A stretch of 64,000 bases of DNA from Octopus bimaculoides (GCF_001194135.2 NC_068988.1:20803097-20867096), one strand, 5' to 3'. Positions 11,733-24,161 are shown, counted from the first letter of the stretch. Made by a program: numbers and translations. The notes: generated by a model not told the origin, from the sequence alone.

Positions 11733-12026
11733 CTCATTGGTTATCATACACAGTATTTGGGAGCAAAAACAGGATGTTTGTATTGGAAACATCTTTGGTC
11801 ATGCCTGCTTAGTAAGGGCTGATCTGAGGTTAAACAACAGCAACACATGAAATAGTGTAGTCCTAGATATACAGTATCCAGAAGAAAGATGCAAGGTCTT
11901 ACCAGAAATGCTTTTGATCATCCCATCTGCTTATCTAATCTGAGATTAAATAACAAGAAATACTAACATTCTAGAATGCTAGTATTTGTTGTCGTATAAT
12001 TAGGAATAGATCATCATTATCAATAC

Positions 12027-12430
12027 CATCATTTAACATTCACTTTTCATGCTTGCATGGGTTAGGCTAAATTTATTGAGGCAGATTTTCTATAGCCAGA
12101 TGCCCTTTCTGTCACAAACCTTCACCTGTTTCCAAGCAAAGTAATATTTCCCCATGATCAGACATACTTTTTCACAGAAGACTAGAAACAGAAACAAAAA
12201 TAACCCTGCATGCATAACAATGATGCTCATTTACAACCATCATGTTATGCCTAGACAAGGGCACACACACACACACTTCTTTCAGTTTCTGTCTACCAAA
12301 TCCAATCACAAGGCTTTGATCAGCTTGGGCTTAGAGCAGAAGACACTTGGTCAAGGTGCCATGCGGTGAGACTGAACTCAAGACCACATGGTTGGGAAAC
12401 AAGCTTCTTAACAACACAGCCACACCTGCC
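12027..12430 (-). mobile_element. Family F SINE: family A head/CORE joined to an RTE-type tail
   Basis: Right end matches the A head (aagacacttgg...ccacatggttggg...acacagccacacctgcc); left end catcatttaacattcacttttcatgcttgcatggg is RTE-tail-like; further copies at 54481-55113, 37020-37190, 27225-27427(+), 46482-46686(+). Confidence 0.8.
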
Positions 12431-12599
12431 GTGTGTGTGTGTGTATAAACACTGCAAGGTGGTGCTCCAGCATGGCTGCAGTCGAATAACTGAAATAAGT
12501 AAAAGATAAAAGAATAATGGTATCTAGGAAATCTGCATTTTTTTCCCTTGTCTATATAAAGAGAATTACAATATTTTTCACCTTCCACACATCCTTGAG

Positions 12600-12633
12600 A
12601 CATTATTATTATTACTGTTGCTGTTGTTATTAC

Positions 12634-12678
<45 letters not shown>

Positions 12679-12707
12679 TCTCATCATCATCATCATCATC
12701 ATCATCA
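12600..12707 (+). repeat. (ATT)n/(CAT)n compound microsatellite
   Basis: Direct inspection. Confidence 0.95.
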
Positions 12708-13206
12708 GTCATGTTATTGGGTTGCTACATAATACAAGCACAACAACACCAGAAAGAAATCCCTTATAATATTTAGTTAACCCCTCCTTTAATTGGATAG
12801 TGAGCTATGCTGGGGCACAGTCATTAAAGGTTCAGTTGAATACAATGAGCCAGCCACTGCCATCCCCCAATATGTCATTAATTGGAGGAAAGAGGAAAAA
12901 CAGGGAGGAGCTGGGTGGAATTTGAACTCAGAAAGTAAAAAGGGATATTTTGTCAGACATTCTACCAACTCAACCAAATAACTGCTCTTTTTGCTTTACA
13001 GATTTAAATTTTCCTGCTAAAGTAGATTTCATTCTTTTTCCTTTCAAGGATTGAATAAAACACCTCGCATGCACACATAGGAGCACACACGCATGTGTGC
13101 GCATACACACACACACACACACACACACACAAAGAAGTGTTGGAACTAAAAGGTAATCTTGATCTCCAACTTAATGTGTAGGTTGTATTAGAACATGGAA
13201 TACTGT

Positions 13207-13252
13207 ATACTTTGAGATGATCTCTCATGGGATACTTTGAGATGATCTCTCA
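13207..13252. repeat. Direct duplication of a 21-mer, period 25
   Basis: atactttgagatgatctctca at 13207-13227 and 13232-13252. Confidence 0.9.
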
Positions 13253-15058
13253 CAAGGACTCATGGTGCATAAAAGTACTCGAAATTACAAGAGTGACAGC
13301 CAAGGCTACCAGAACTGCCAATTCACATAATTTCACCCTGCTATGGGTTCTTCAGTGACAGATGTCCAGCAGTGCAATAACAGCTGAATCTCCTGTCAAC
13401 AATTTTCCAAAATCTGTGTCCATTCAGACACTGGTGTTGCAAATGGCCAGAGCGTTCATTAAACAATTAATTAAGAGCAACAGATGTAATCTTGATGCCA
13501 AAATTAATTTTTTTTTTTTATCATGATTTAATTTAAATTTTTTCTTTCTTTTTTTTTAAATTTAAAAATCAATACAGTGATTTGTATAGCCACAGTCGAT
13601 AATTTTAACGATGATATACACTAATTCACATAATTATTGAGACACATACGATGTCACATCTTGCCATTCACACCTCAACTTCAACCAATTATATAATAAT
13701 GATATCTAGTGATAGATCTTTCCAGAATGTCACAGAAGATCGGTAAACAAAATAAACGCAAACGGGTGTTTTAGACAGACTTTCAATTTAACATAGGAAC
13801 TGAAGAAAGGAAGATCATCTTAAATTTAAAATATAAAAAAAAAAAAGAAAAACAAAAAGGTGGAAGAAGAAAACAAACCAAAGAAGACAGCCAAAAGAAA
13901 GCAGGAATCTCCTCATTAGCAGCTATTCAGCACTGCAGTAGTGCATAAACCTGTCAGAAAGCTGTGTCATACTGACACAAAAATAAAACAAAATGACAGC
14001 AAGACAAGCAAGGGAAATCCCTTTCTTTCTGGGTCCCTTCTTTTCATTTTTGTTATTTCCCTTTTCTAAATTAATACGGAATTATTAAAGGAACTGGTTG
14101 CTGGTTGTTATTTCAACGTCAATTTGTTTGCAATTATCAAACTATTAATCACTATTATTGTTATTAATATTTTATTAATACTGTTGTTGTTATTGTTTTT
14201 AGTATTATTGTTGTTATTTTAAGAATTCAAAAGGAAAGATTATTGTAATCATCTTTAGTAATCTGGTTCCAGAAATATCTCAACAGTTTCCTTTCTCAAA
14301 ACAAAAAGCATATCTTGGAATTGAGTAGCAGCGCCACCCACCACCATCTTATAACAATGGGGAGGAGAATGAAGATAAAGAAGTTTAGGAAACAAAGACA
14401 GAAAGAAAAAGGAAAAAAAAGGGGAAAAAAAAATTATGTGAACCCAGATAAAGGAGAAACAATAGAATGGAAGACCTGATGAAGAAATATCAACCCTGTT
14501 CAGTGCCTAAACTTTACAGAATTTCTAAAGAACACTAACCAACTTGATTTGATACTGATCCTAAAAGAGAATGAATGAAATGCAAAGCTAATTAGATGAG
14601 TATCAGGCACTTTAGGTAATAGACAGTTGTTAAAGACCACATCACTGACCTATCTACAACTGAGGGATCATGACCACTCAGCTGTGGATCATGATCCACA
14701 GTTTGCAAAGCTCTTCATGGCTCAGCTAAGATCATACAACTTGGAGAAGCTGATAAGAGTGGGAGGTGATCCGGCAAGGAGTGCTCTGATCCTTACTTAG
14801 AAGCAGTCTCTGACCTTTATAAGTTATCCCTATTTGCACTTTTGCTTAATTTCAGTACATAACTTTCAGTGTTTTAATAATATCTCTCTCTCTCTCTCTC
14901 TCTCGCTTGCTCTTTATTTATTTATTTATATATATATATATATATGTACATATGTATGTATCTATAAATAAATACCAATGTTTTGTAACCCCTTTTGCTT
15001 TGTGAATATGGGCTCTCAGGATCAACAAAAAGGATTATCATCAATATCATCATTTTAA

Positions 15059-15097
<39 letters not shown>

Positions 15098-15118
15098 CAT
15101 TATTATAATTATTATAAG

Positions 15119-15200
15119 TTGGAATTGAGACAGCTGGATTACATTTTGGAGTTGATACAGCTGGAATACATGTTAGAGTTGAGACAGCTGGTTTGCATGT
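15119..15200. repeat. 27-bp minisatellite x3, each unit containing CAGCTG
   Basis: ga(g/t)acagctgg at 15127, 15154 and 15181. Confidence 0.85.
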
Positions 15201-15564
15201 TTTACAGTATCCAAGCTTTGGTACCTCATAATTCTGAATTAATTAAAGTGGGTACCAGTGACAGTCTGTCATTAAGTTATTTGTATTTTCCTTCTAGCTA
15301 CACATCTTCCCGCATGCAAAAAAATTAAAAAAACCATTAATAAACAAATTCTAGTTGTGTATATAAATAAGTCAATATTTGTTATACAACATAGTGTGGG
15401 ACTACTACACAGTATCGTAATATAAACACAGCACTGTAGTAAATATCATGGCAGTGGATTTGCAGAGTCAGTAGGGTCAGACAATGTTTTGTAGTATTTC
15501 CTCAGATTCTCTATACACTGTATACCAAACCCATCAAGGCCAACTTTGCCTTTCACTATTTCAG

Positions 15565-15902
15565 TCATCATCATCATCATCATCGTCGTCATTTAACGTC
15601 CGCTTTCCATGCTAGCATGGGTTGGACGATTTGACTGAGGACTGGTGAAACCGGATGGCAACACCAGGCTCCAATCTGATTTGGCAGAGTTTCTACAGCT
15701 GGATGCCCTTCCTAACGCCAACCACTCAGAGAGTGTAGTGGGTGCTTTTATGTGTCACCCGCACGAAGGCCAGTCAGGCGGTACTGGCAATGGCCACGCT
15801 CAAAATGGTGTATTTTATGTGCCACCCGCACAAGAGCCAGTCCAGGGGCACTGGCAACGGTCTCGCTCGAAAATCCTACGAAGGCCAGTCAGGCGGTACT
15901 GG
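15565..15902 (-). mobile_element. Family C RTE 3' tail
   Basis: (cat)n-ttaacgtccgctttccatgctagcatggg...; two or more hairpin modules. Confidence 0.9.
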
Positions 15903-16250
15903 TTAATACAATATCAGTAGCACCAGTACAGGGGATTGGCAGTGGTGTCAGAGCAGTAGATGAGAAGTATTAGAGTGTCGGCGTTGGGTTATTGTGTTCT
16001 GAGTTCAGATTCCACTTCCTTTTGCTTGCTTCTTAGTGATGGGAAAAAGAGTCCCGGTTAATGATGATAGACTTCCAATGTAAGACAGAGCAATGCAATG
16101 ATTGCAGCAGCTTCTACTTCTCGGATGCATCAGTATACTGAAGTGGGATATATACCGGGACAGAAAAAAGTCATAGTGAGTTCAAGCACTTTAGTAAGTA
16201 ACACTACAATATCAAAATATAACACAGTGCTGTAGCAAATTAGTACTACA

Positions 16251-16307
16251 ATAGTACACAACAGTACAATAGTACACAACAGTACAATAGTACACAACAG
16301 TACAATA
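16251..16307. repeat. 18-bp tandem repeat x3 (atagtacacaacagtaca)
   Basis: Exact units at 16251, 16269 and 16287. Confidence 0.92.
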
Positions 16308-16425
16308 TTAAAACACTGCAGAGTACTGTAGAAACAATACTACAAACTGGAATATAACATACACACATATAGATAAATGGATAGGCAGATAGATACATAA
16401 CTAAATACATATATGTGAATGTATA

Positions 16426-16815
16426 TTTGTTGTTGTTGGCACTCCGTCGCTTACAACGTCGAGGGTTCCAGTTGATCCAATCACTGGAACAGCCTGCTCG
16501 TGAAATTAACGTGCAAGTGGCTGAGCACTCCACAGACACGTGTACCCTTAACGTAGTTCTCGGGGATATTCAGCGTGACACAGTGTGACAAGGCTGGCCC
16601 TTTGAATTACAGGTACAACAGAAATAGGAAGAAAGAGTGAGAGAAACTTGTGGTGAAAGAGTACAGCAGGGTTCGCCACCATCCCCTGCAGGAGCCCCGT
16701 GGAGCTTTAGGTGTTTTCGCTCAATAAACACTGACAACGCCCAGTCTGGGAATCGAAATTGCGATCCTATGACCGCGAGTCCGTTGCCCTAACCACTGGG
16801 CCATTGCGCCTCCAC
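16426..16815 (-). mobile_element. Family B SINE, full length, 14-bp TSD
   Basis: TSD tatgtgaatgtata at 16412-16425 and 16816-16829. Confidence 0.93.
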
Positions 16816-18028
16816 TATGTGAATGTATAATACATACATAAATGTGCAATAATATATATGTAAATAGAAGAAGAATATAGTACTCAATACATACTGTTGA
16901 GTAAGTTCAATTTCATTGTTACTCTGCACTTTATGATTGGCAATTTTATAAACTTGAAGGATCACCAAAGGAGAAGGATGGATTAACAATAGTAGGAAAC
17001 TTTACTTTTTTTAGCAAATAACATACATACATACACATGGGTAACGGTATTCAACGAAGCAACATTACCACTTGGTGTCCTTTGGTGTTTTTAGCAGAGT
17101 CTATTTAGTTGCAAGCATCTGAGGCCTTTAGTCTGAAGACAGCTTCCTCCTCTCCACCAGTCTAGAGAGACCCTTCCAACTGATAAAGTGATATAGTGCT
17201 ATACACACATACACACACATAATACACACACACAGCTTCAAATAATGAATTGTAAAATTCTTGGGCAATAAAAAGATTATCTAATATTAGAAAAATATGA
17301 TTAGTAAGTAATGTGACAAATTTATTTGAAGCTTAAAGTAATTAAGGAAAGACTGAGGAGATAAACATCTGTATTTTGCAGAGAGATATGTACAACCAAA
17401 CATCTAAATTTCATAAAGTAAAATTTACAACCAAACCTATGGACATGACCATGATCAGATATTTAAGAAGTTTACTCTGTAATAATGTGATTCCGATGGT
17501 GGTCCCATTGCTTGGTACCTCACTGCAAGTATTTTGCCCAAAACTTTGGATTGTCCCAAAACTAATGATTGAATCTGGATGAACAGAAGCTATGAAGAAA
17601 CCTGTCAGAAAGACAGTATTTGTTCTTGGATGATAGACCCAATTCCTCAACGAGCTCTAGAGTAGTTTTAGCCAAGTCCCCTCAGCTGCAGGCATTCAGC
17701 TTAGGTCTCCAATCTGAGGATAACTCATGAATTGAGGTTTCTTCTTCTCTCTCCCCACCACCTCTGTCTAGGAGCCCCTACAAAAGGGGATCATGGGTGC
17801 TATCATTCCTCTTCCAACAAAGCCGTAAAAGTCATAGGTTCAACTGCTGGACACAGCAATACCTTGAGCAAGACACTTCATTTCACATTGCTCAAGTCGA
17901 CTCTGCTGCAAATGAATACCAGCCAAATGCTGGGTATAGCCAGCCCAACCCTATCTCTCTCAAGTTGTCACATTCTCATTGATCAACTGGATAATGGGTG
18001 GAAAGGCCAACAAAGTGTCTACATCTCA

Positions 18029-18426
18029 TTTACTCATTTACTTGTTTCAGTCATTTGACTGTGGCCATGCTGGAGCACCGCCTTTGGTCGAGTAAATCGA
18101 CCCCAGGACTTATTCTTTGGATGCCTAGTACTTATTCTATCGGTCTCTTTTTGCTGAACCGCTAAGTTACGGGGACGTAAACACACCACCATCGGTTGTC
18201 AAGCGATGTTGGGGGGACAAACACAGACACACATACACACAAACATATAAATATATATACATATATACGACAGGCTTCTTTCAGTTTCCGCCTACCAAAT
18301 CAACTCACAAGGCTCTGGTCGGCCCGAGGCTATAGTAGAAGACACTTGCCCAAGGTGCCACGCAGTGGGACTGAACCCGGAACCATGTGGTTGGTAAGCA
18401 AGCTACTTACCACACAGCCACTCCTG
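18029..18426 (-). mobile_element. Family A SINE, full length
   Basis: Reverse complement collinear with 981-1380. Confidence 0.92.
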
Positions 18427-19157
18427 TTCATGATAACTCAGGAACCTGTAGTTAAATTAAACAGCCCAGTCTTCACAGAACTTTCTCAAAACATTGACTG
18501 CTAATGAATTATGGACTTGAACAAAGAACCTAAAACAAAGTTTTGCTTGAATCCAAATTGAATTTCATCATTAATTTAATTTGCCTTCAAAATTTAGAAT
18601 AGAATTACAAGTTACAGCAGAATTAAAGCGTTTCAATTTCAAACTTTTGCTAGTCACACCACACTTCCAGATGAAATTATTTTGCAAAATGCACTCCAAC
18701 TTTGAAACTTATGTCATTTGAGACAAACAACCTCCACAAAATAAGACACAACTCATTTGCAAGTAACATTTCTATAGAAATTCTAGCACTTATAACTCAC
18801 ATCTAGGTGATTCGAGGTACACAATGAAGAAGCAGCTACATGGTTGTTAAGTTTGCTAGCAATAGCAGCCAAATCCCCCTCAAATCTGATGCTACTATCT
18901 TTACAAAAAAAAAAAAGGACAACTTAGATAACACAGTTCTGAGTGCCTTACACTTAAGAAAGAAGATCAAAAGCTGAAAGGCTTTTGGTTACATGTCTTC
19001 CTGTAGTTAAACAACAACAAGCTGCCCAGCGACAATGAAGATCTTATAGTAGATTCACGAGCAAGCAGTCTAGCATTCTCACCATTCATCTATTTTCACT
19101 CTTCCGAAAGTTTATAGAATCTACGTAAAAGTCTTCTTCACCATATACTACTTCGTT

Positions 19158-19191
<34 letters not shown>

Positions 19192-19264
19192 AAAGATACA
19201 TTGATTAATTAATATACACATGCAGATGAAGACAATATTTATTTTCATTATCATTTTCAATGAT

Positions 19265-19308
19265 CAATATACTGTCTCTGGCTGAATATATACATTATAT
19301 AGTCCAAC
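19265..19308 (-). CDS. Candidate exon after a strong acceptor (VGLYNVYIQPETVY* in phase 0, or LDYIMYIFSQR.. in phase 2)
   Basis: Minus strand ttttttcttcttccgtgctaacacag|gttgg; AATAAA about 65 nt into the exon; frame unresolved. Confidence 0.2.
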
Positions 19309-20720
19309 CTGTGTTAGCACGGAAGAAGAAAAAACAATCAACATTAAACAAACGAGGTGTGTGGGTGTATGTATGTATGCATAAATAGACACATTCACCT
19401 TTATATACATAAATATATATAAACTCACACATATATGTATATATAACACACACATTAACTTGTATACACACGCACGCACAAACACATACACAGACTCTTC
19501 TAAAACCTTCACACACCTTTATCCCACTGCAATTATGTTTGTTATTGTTTTATAATGGAAAGTTCAAAGAATGAAAGCTTAGTAACAAAAAAAAATAAAG
19601 CATAAAATAGAGAATGAAAGCTTAAAACAACAACAAAAGAACACAGGCTACAAACACAAAAGAACCCTAACAAACTACATTTGTCAATGTGATTGCTGAA
19701 GCAAGCTGTTAAAATATGGTACCTTTCCCCTCCCTGTCTGACAATAACAGCAATATCTAGGCCAAAAAGGTATGTTTTGGTGAGGCTTTTTCTTTCTTTT
19801 TTCTTTTTTTTTTTTTTTTTTTTTCTAATTTGTTTCTTTACAGTATTTTGTATGGCTATATATTTCCTTTTTTAACACTTATGAAGTGTTATTATTCCTG
19901 AAATTTACTAAAAACTATTGTTAATTGAATAATTAATTTATATATTAAAAACGCCGACAAATTCAATAGATCTCGTGATTTATACTAGATTTCCACTAAG
20001 CCCATATCTAATAAGGAACAAATTGATTAATAAAGATACATTTCAGATGTACTGATGAGATGATGATATTTTGATAAATATATTTTGCTAGTTTCCCCGG
20101 TATTCATCTGTAAACAGCTCTTATTTTAGAACCAGACTGTCTATGTATAAAAATGGAAGACAGGAGAGTACTATACCATAGAGTTTTATTTTCTTTTACT
20201 TGTAATAACTTTTTTTTTTTTTCTTCTACAACAGGTCAAATTGACATCGGATAGGTCAAACAAATTAGGCCACGGTTACAGTTTGTCATTGGAGTATCTA
20301 TTGGTTACACAATTTACTAGAAAAGCAGCCAAATATCCCTCCAATAACACCTGTACTGTCTCAGAAAGAAAGGAGCTATTAGATAAGCAAAGCCAGAGAA
20401 AATGACAGGAATGATGCTTGTTTATGTTTGCTCAATCAGAGACGACCTGGGGCTTATTAACTATAAACAAAACCATGTTGAATGAGCACTTCTTTGTAAG
20501 AACCAAATTTAAAAGTCTTGAGGAATAAGCATGACAGGCAGGAAAAAAATAAGATGACAAAAATAGCTATGGGAAGGATATGGAATCTAAAGCACCACAC
20601 CACACCACACCACAACATACACTATATGTCTTCCAGACAAACTCTTGTCTGGAAATAGCACGAGAATTATTATAGCCACTTTTAGTTGTAACAATCAAGA
20701 TATATACAGATTGCATTCAG

Positions 20721-20828
20721 TAGAAGTGGATTCGAAACAATGGCACAATGTGTTCTTGGAAATGGCATTTTCCCACATATTAATAATGTGAGTTGGACAA
20801 AAGTAATAGACATTCCTAATGCCAATAG
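20721..20828 (+). CDS. Candidate 108-nt symmetric exon RSGFETMAQCVLGNGIFPHINNVSWTKVIDIPNAN
   Basis: ttgcattcag| acceptor, ag|gtaagt donor, phase 2-2, open frame with protein-like composition. Confidence 0.3.
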
Positions 20829-22129
20829 GTAAGTCTTTTATAAAAGTTAAATATAAAAGTTAAAGCTGAGAAACAGAAAAAATATATTTACTTGAAAATT
20901 TATTATTTGAAGGTAACTAAGGTAAAAGTTTTTAATGATGTTAATGACGATGAGAGGAAAACTACTAAGTTACCAGAAAATTGATGCTTTCAATGTTGTC
21001 ATTAATTTCAAAGTTCAATTAAGTTCAACCAACTAAAATTTTCAGTCGTTAATAGTCTTCTTTCAGACAACATTATTTGAGATGGATCACTCTACATAAC
21101 ATGTAAATAATTAACACTTATACAGAGAAAATATATAGGTACCAGGAGTAATATTCTAGTTTGGATAATATCAGTGTTAAAAGACCAACACTGGTGTTTC
21201 TCTAATTTAAATATTCTCTACAATAACTTTGAAAAACTCCTTCGTAAATCGATAATTTTGGTAGGAGAAGTGAAATGGCAAGGAATAACAAGAATAAAAA
21301 AGACAGGAAAAAGGAAAAGAAATGATGAAAAGAAATTCTAATTAAAAATACATGGATGATTAGTTAGGCAAATATTTGATTATTTGCAAATATTTCACAC
21401 CTTAGAGACTATTTGAAACAATTTTAGTTTTTAGGTTAAAAAAATAAAAAAATCTTTTTAAAGCAGCAAAAAATGCCATTTTACTTGGGGTAATGTTAAG
21501 CAGTTAGTCAGGTGAGACACTAAATAGTGCTTGTGTAAAATCATCTACACATTCATATATATAATGAACTTATTGCGTACAATACTCATGGCATACAAAA
21601 AAAAAAAGAATTAAAACTTTATATTTATTATATTTTGTATCTGTCACAAGGCTTTTAAATGACTATGGTTAAAGACACAGAGAAGCATTTACAAACATTA
21701 TTTTCAGAAATATGGAACAAATGAACCTAAAGACAGAGTTTTCGGTGACATGAAAGACGTGCTAACAATAAGTGAAGTGATGAAAGGTGATTTCTGAAGC
21801 TGCAATTTATCACGGTCATGTCTACAGACAATGAATAGGAAGTCAGAGACATAAAAAAATTTTAAAAATCAAATTTCTCAGTCTGCCGCTAGACAACAAC
21901 CACATGTTTTATCATACAATGCTACTCAAGCTAAATGCCGTTCAGATCCAGCAACCATAAAAATTAGTTTAGAAATAATATATCTTCCAAAACTATTTCT
22001 TTATGTGATAAATTAATTTTTTCTTATTCATTTCTTCTTAAAAAGTAAAAAAAAAATGTCATAAATACTAACGGATTGAAATGTCACAGTGCAGCCGTAA
22101 CGTTGAAGCTTTTGTCATTATTATTTTCA

Positions 22130-22166
<37 letters not shown>

Positions 22167-22463
22167 GAAAAAAACTCAAAATATCAATTTATAAATTTGA
22201 TGAGCCCTCTTGATAGCAAGCATTACTTTTTACTTTATTAAATAAATATTGAAAAAAAATAATAATACTAAATATATTTTTTTAAAGTTTTAGATAAATG
22301 AAAACCAATTATGAAATAAATGTGTTTATTGATCTGTCTTGTAGTTGGTGCTGTTGTTCAGTTCTACTCTCATAGCAGCAGACTGGGAACAAGCAACACA
22401 GCACTTGCAACATACACACACACGCACACACACTCTCAAACAGACTTCAATAGATGCACTTAC

Positions 22464-22525
22464 CCCTTTTCATCGCTATATTAGAAAGGGGGGTTGACAA
22501 GGGATGGTGATACACTGGTTATCAT
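22464..22525 (-). CDS. Candidate first coding exon MITSVSPSLVNPLSNIAMKK(G)
   Basis: Consensus donor aaggg|gtaagtgc; two in-frame ATGs; preceded by a repeat-free, GC-richer 5'UTR-like tract to about 22830. Confidence 0.4.
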
Positions 22526-22845
22526 AATAAAGAATTAACTCCAGAAATGAAGAATTAAAAAAGAATTTGCTGCCGCAACAAGGCTTCATAGAGAAGAATA
22601 TGTTGTGAGTCATGAGAGATGGAGAAGCGAGATGAGGGAGCTCAGCGCAAGAATGGCAGCTGAACTGCAGCTGATGTTCTACTCACTTGTGTAGCAGCAG
22701 TAGGAGATGACAAAGAAAGCAAAGAAGATTGCAATAGCTGTTGGTGAAGCAGCCAGCTAGTAAAGCTACCAAATCTTGGTCAATAAGCACTAATCAAACT
22801 GATAGTGGAATATGCTAGCATATAATGTACTTCCGCTTTCTGTGA
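22526..22845 (-). promoter_or_regulatory. Putative 5'UTR/promoter region
   Basis: Repeat-free, CAG/CTG-rich, second donor-like gtgagt at 22681-22686, ACTTCCG (ETS-like) near 22829. Confidence 0.3.
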
Positions 22846-23399
22846 GTTGATTCCACTCTTTATTTTACTTCTTTCATTCATTTCCCTATGAAAGAAAATT
22901 TTCTTTTGTTTTCATCTCTTTTGTTTGTTTGTTTGTTTGTTTGTATTTTCCTTTTTTTTTTTGTATCTAACAAATGTCAACATTATGGCAGATGAGAAGC
23001 TTAGAATTGAAAAGAAAACGAGAAAAAATAGCTAAGACAATAGCAGTCTTTTCAAACTAAATTCCAATAGTTTATTTTAGTTTTCTATGCTGACTATTAT
23101 AGGTCACAAGAATATAGTTTCTAATAAAAGGCTTGTGCTTTTGTTTTATTTTTAAATAAAATTAATTTTCAAAAAGAAAAAGAAAAAAATCACTTGCATG
23201 GTTTTATTGTAAAAGAACAGTAAATCTATGATTATTGCTTAAATGTTTTTTATGAAAGCAGCTTCTGAACAACATGTCACCCGTAACATCAGAACACTAC
23301 CAAAAGAATTGTTATGTATCATTCATTATCAAAATTATTATTATTATAGAAATAATACTTGTATGGAAAGAAGGAATAATATTTAAGTAACACTGAATT

Positions 23400-23473
<74 letters not shown>

Positions 23474-24132
23474 NNNNNNNNNNATATATATATATATATA
23501 TATATATGAAAACATCAAAAGATAACTTTCTCAAACAATATGGATTACATAAACAAAACAATTCTATTAATTACTGTCAGGGAAATAAAAATCGGGTAGT
23601 TTTAAAATATTACACAAACTTCAGTCAGTAGTTGCTGCTGAAAAACAAAATTAATCACAATATCAGATGTTAACACAGAATTAATAACAGTAAGAATAAT
23701 CCAAATATCAGCAGCTTCAATAAATATCACAAGCCTAGTTTACGTATGCTTAGCTTTTCTCAAATGAGATGGCATTGTTGTTATTGGTGAATGCTGTTTG
23801 GATATAAAGACTGGAAAATGAATAACTAAATTACCGCTTCCCCAGTGTTCATATTGCCTGACAGGCTAACAACAGCCATGTGAAACCATGCAGACATCAA
23901 GGCTCTCTCTCTCCAATAACAATTAGAAATTCTAGCTTGATATAAAGAATTAAACATGAAGCTCTTTCTGCCAGTTGGACATGAATGGAACAGTATCGTA
24001 AGAGATATTATACTATTAACTAAAAACAATTTAAACCGATGTTACATGCAAAAGATTCTAAACAGTTTGTAACCAGATCAACATAATGAAGAGGAAGAAG
24101 ATAAGTAAGTTGGCATAGTTTTATCGACTTAC

Positions 24133-24161
24133 CAAGAAGGTCCATTACCTGAATTCGCCAT
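24133..24161 (-). CDS. Candidate alternative first exon MANSGNGPS(W/C)
   Basis: ATGGCGAATTCAGGTAATGGACCTTCTTG|gtaagtcg; ends in phase 2 like the 22464 exon. Confidence 0.3.

Noticed and set aside
15620-15665. CTGAGGA...GAAAC in the C tail as a hammerhead ribozyme core
   Set aside because: Only ctggt lies between CUGANGA and GAAA, which cannot form stem II, and this is the antisense strand of the element.
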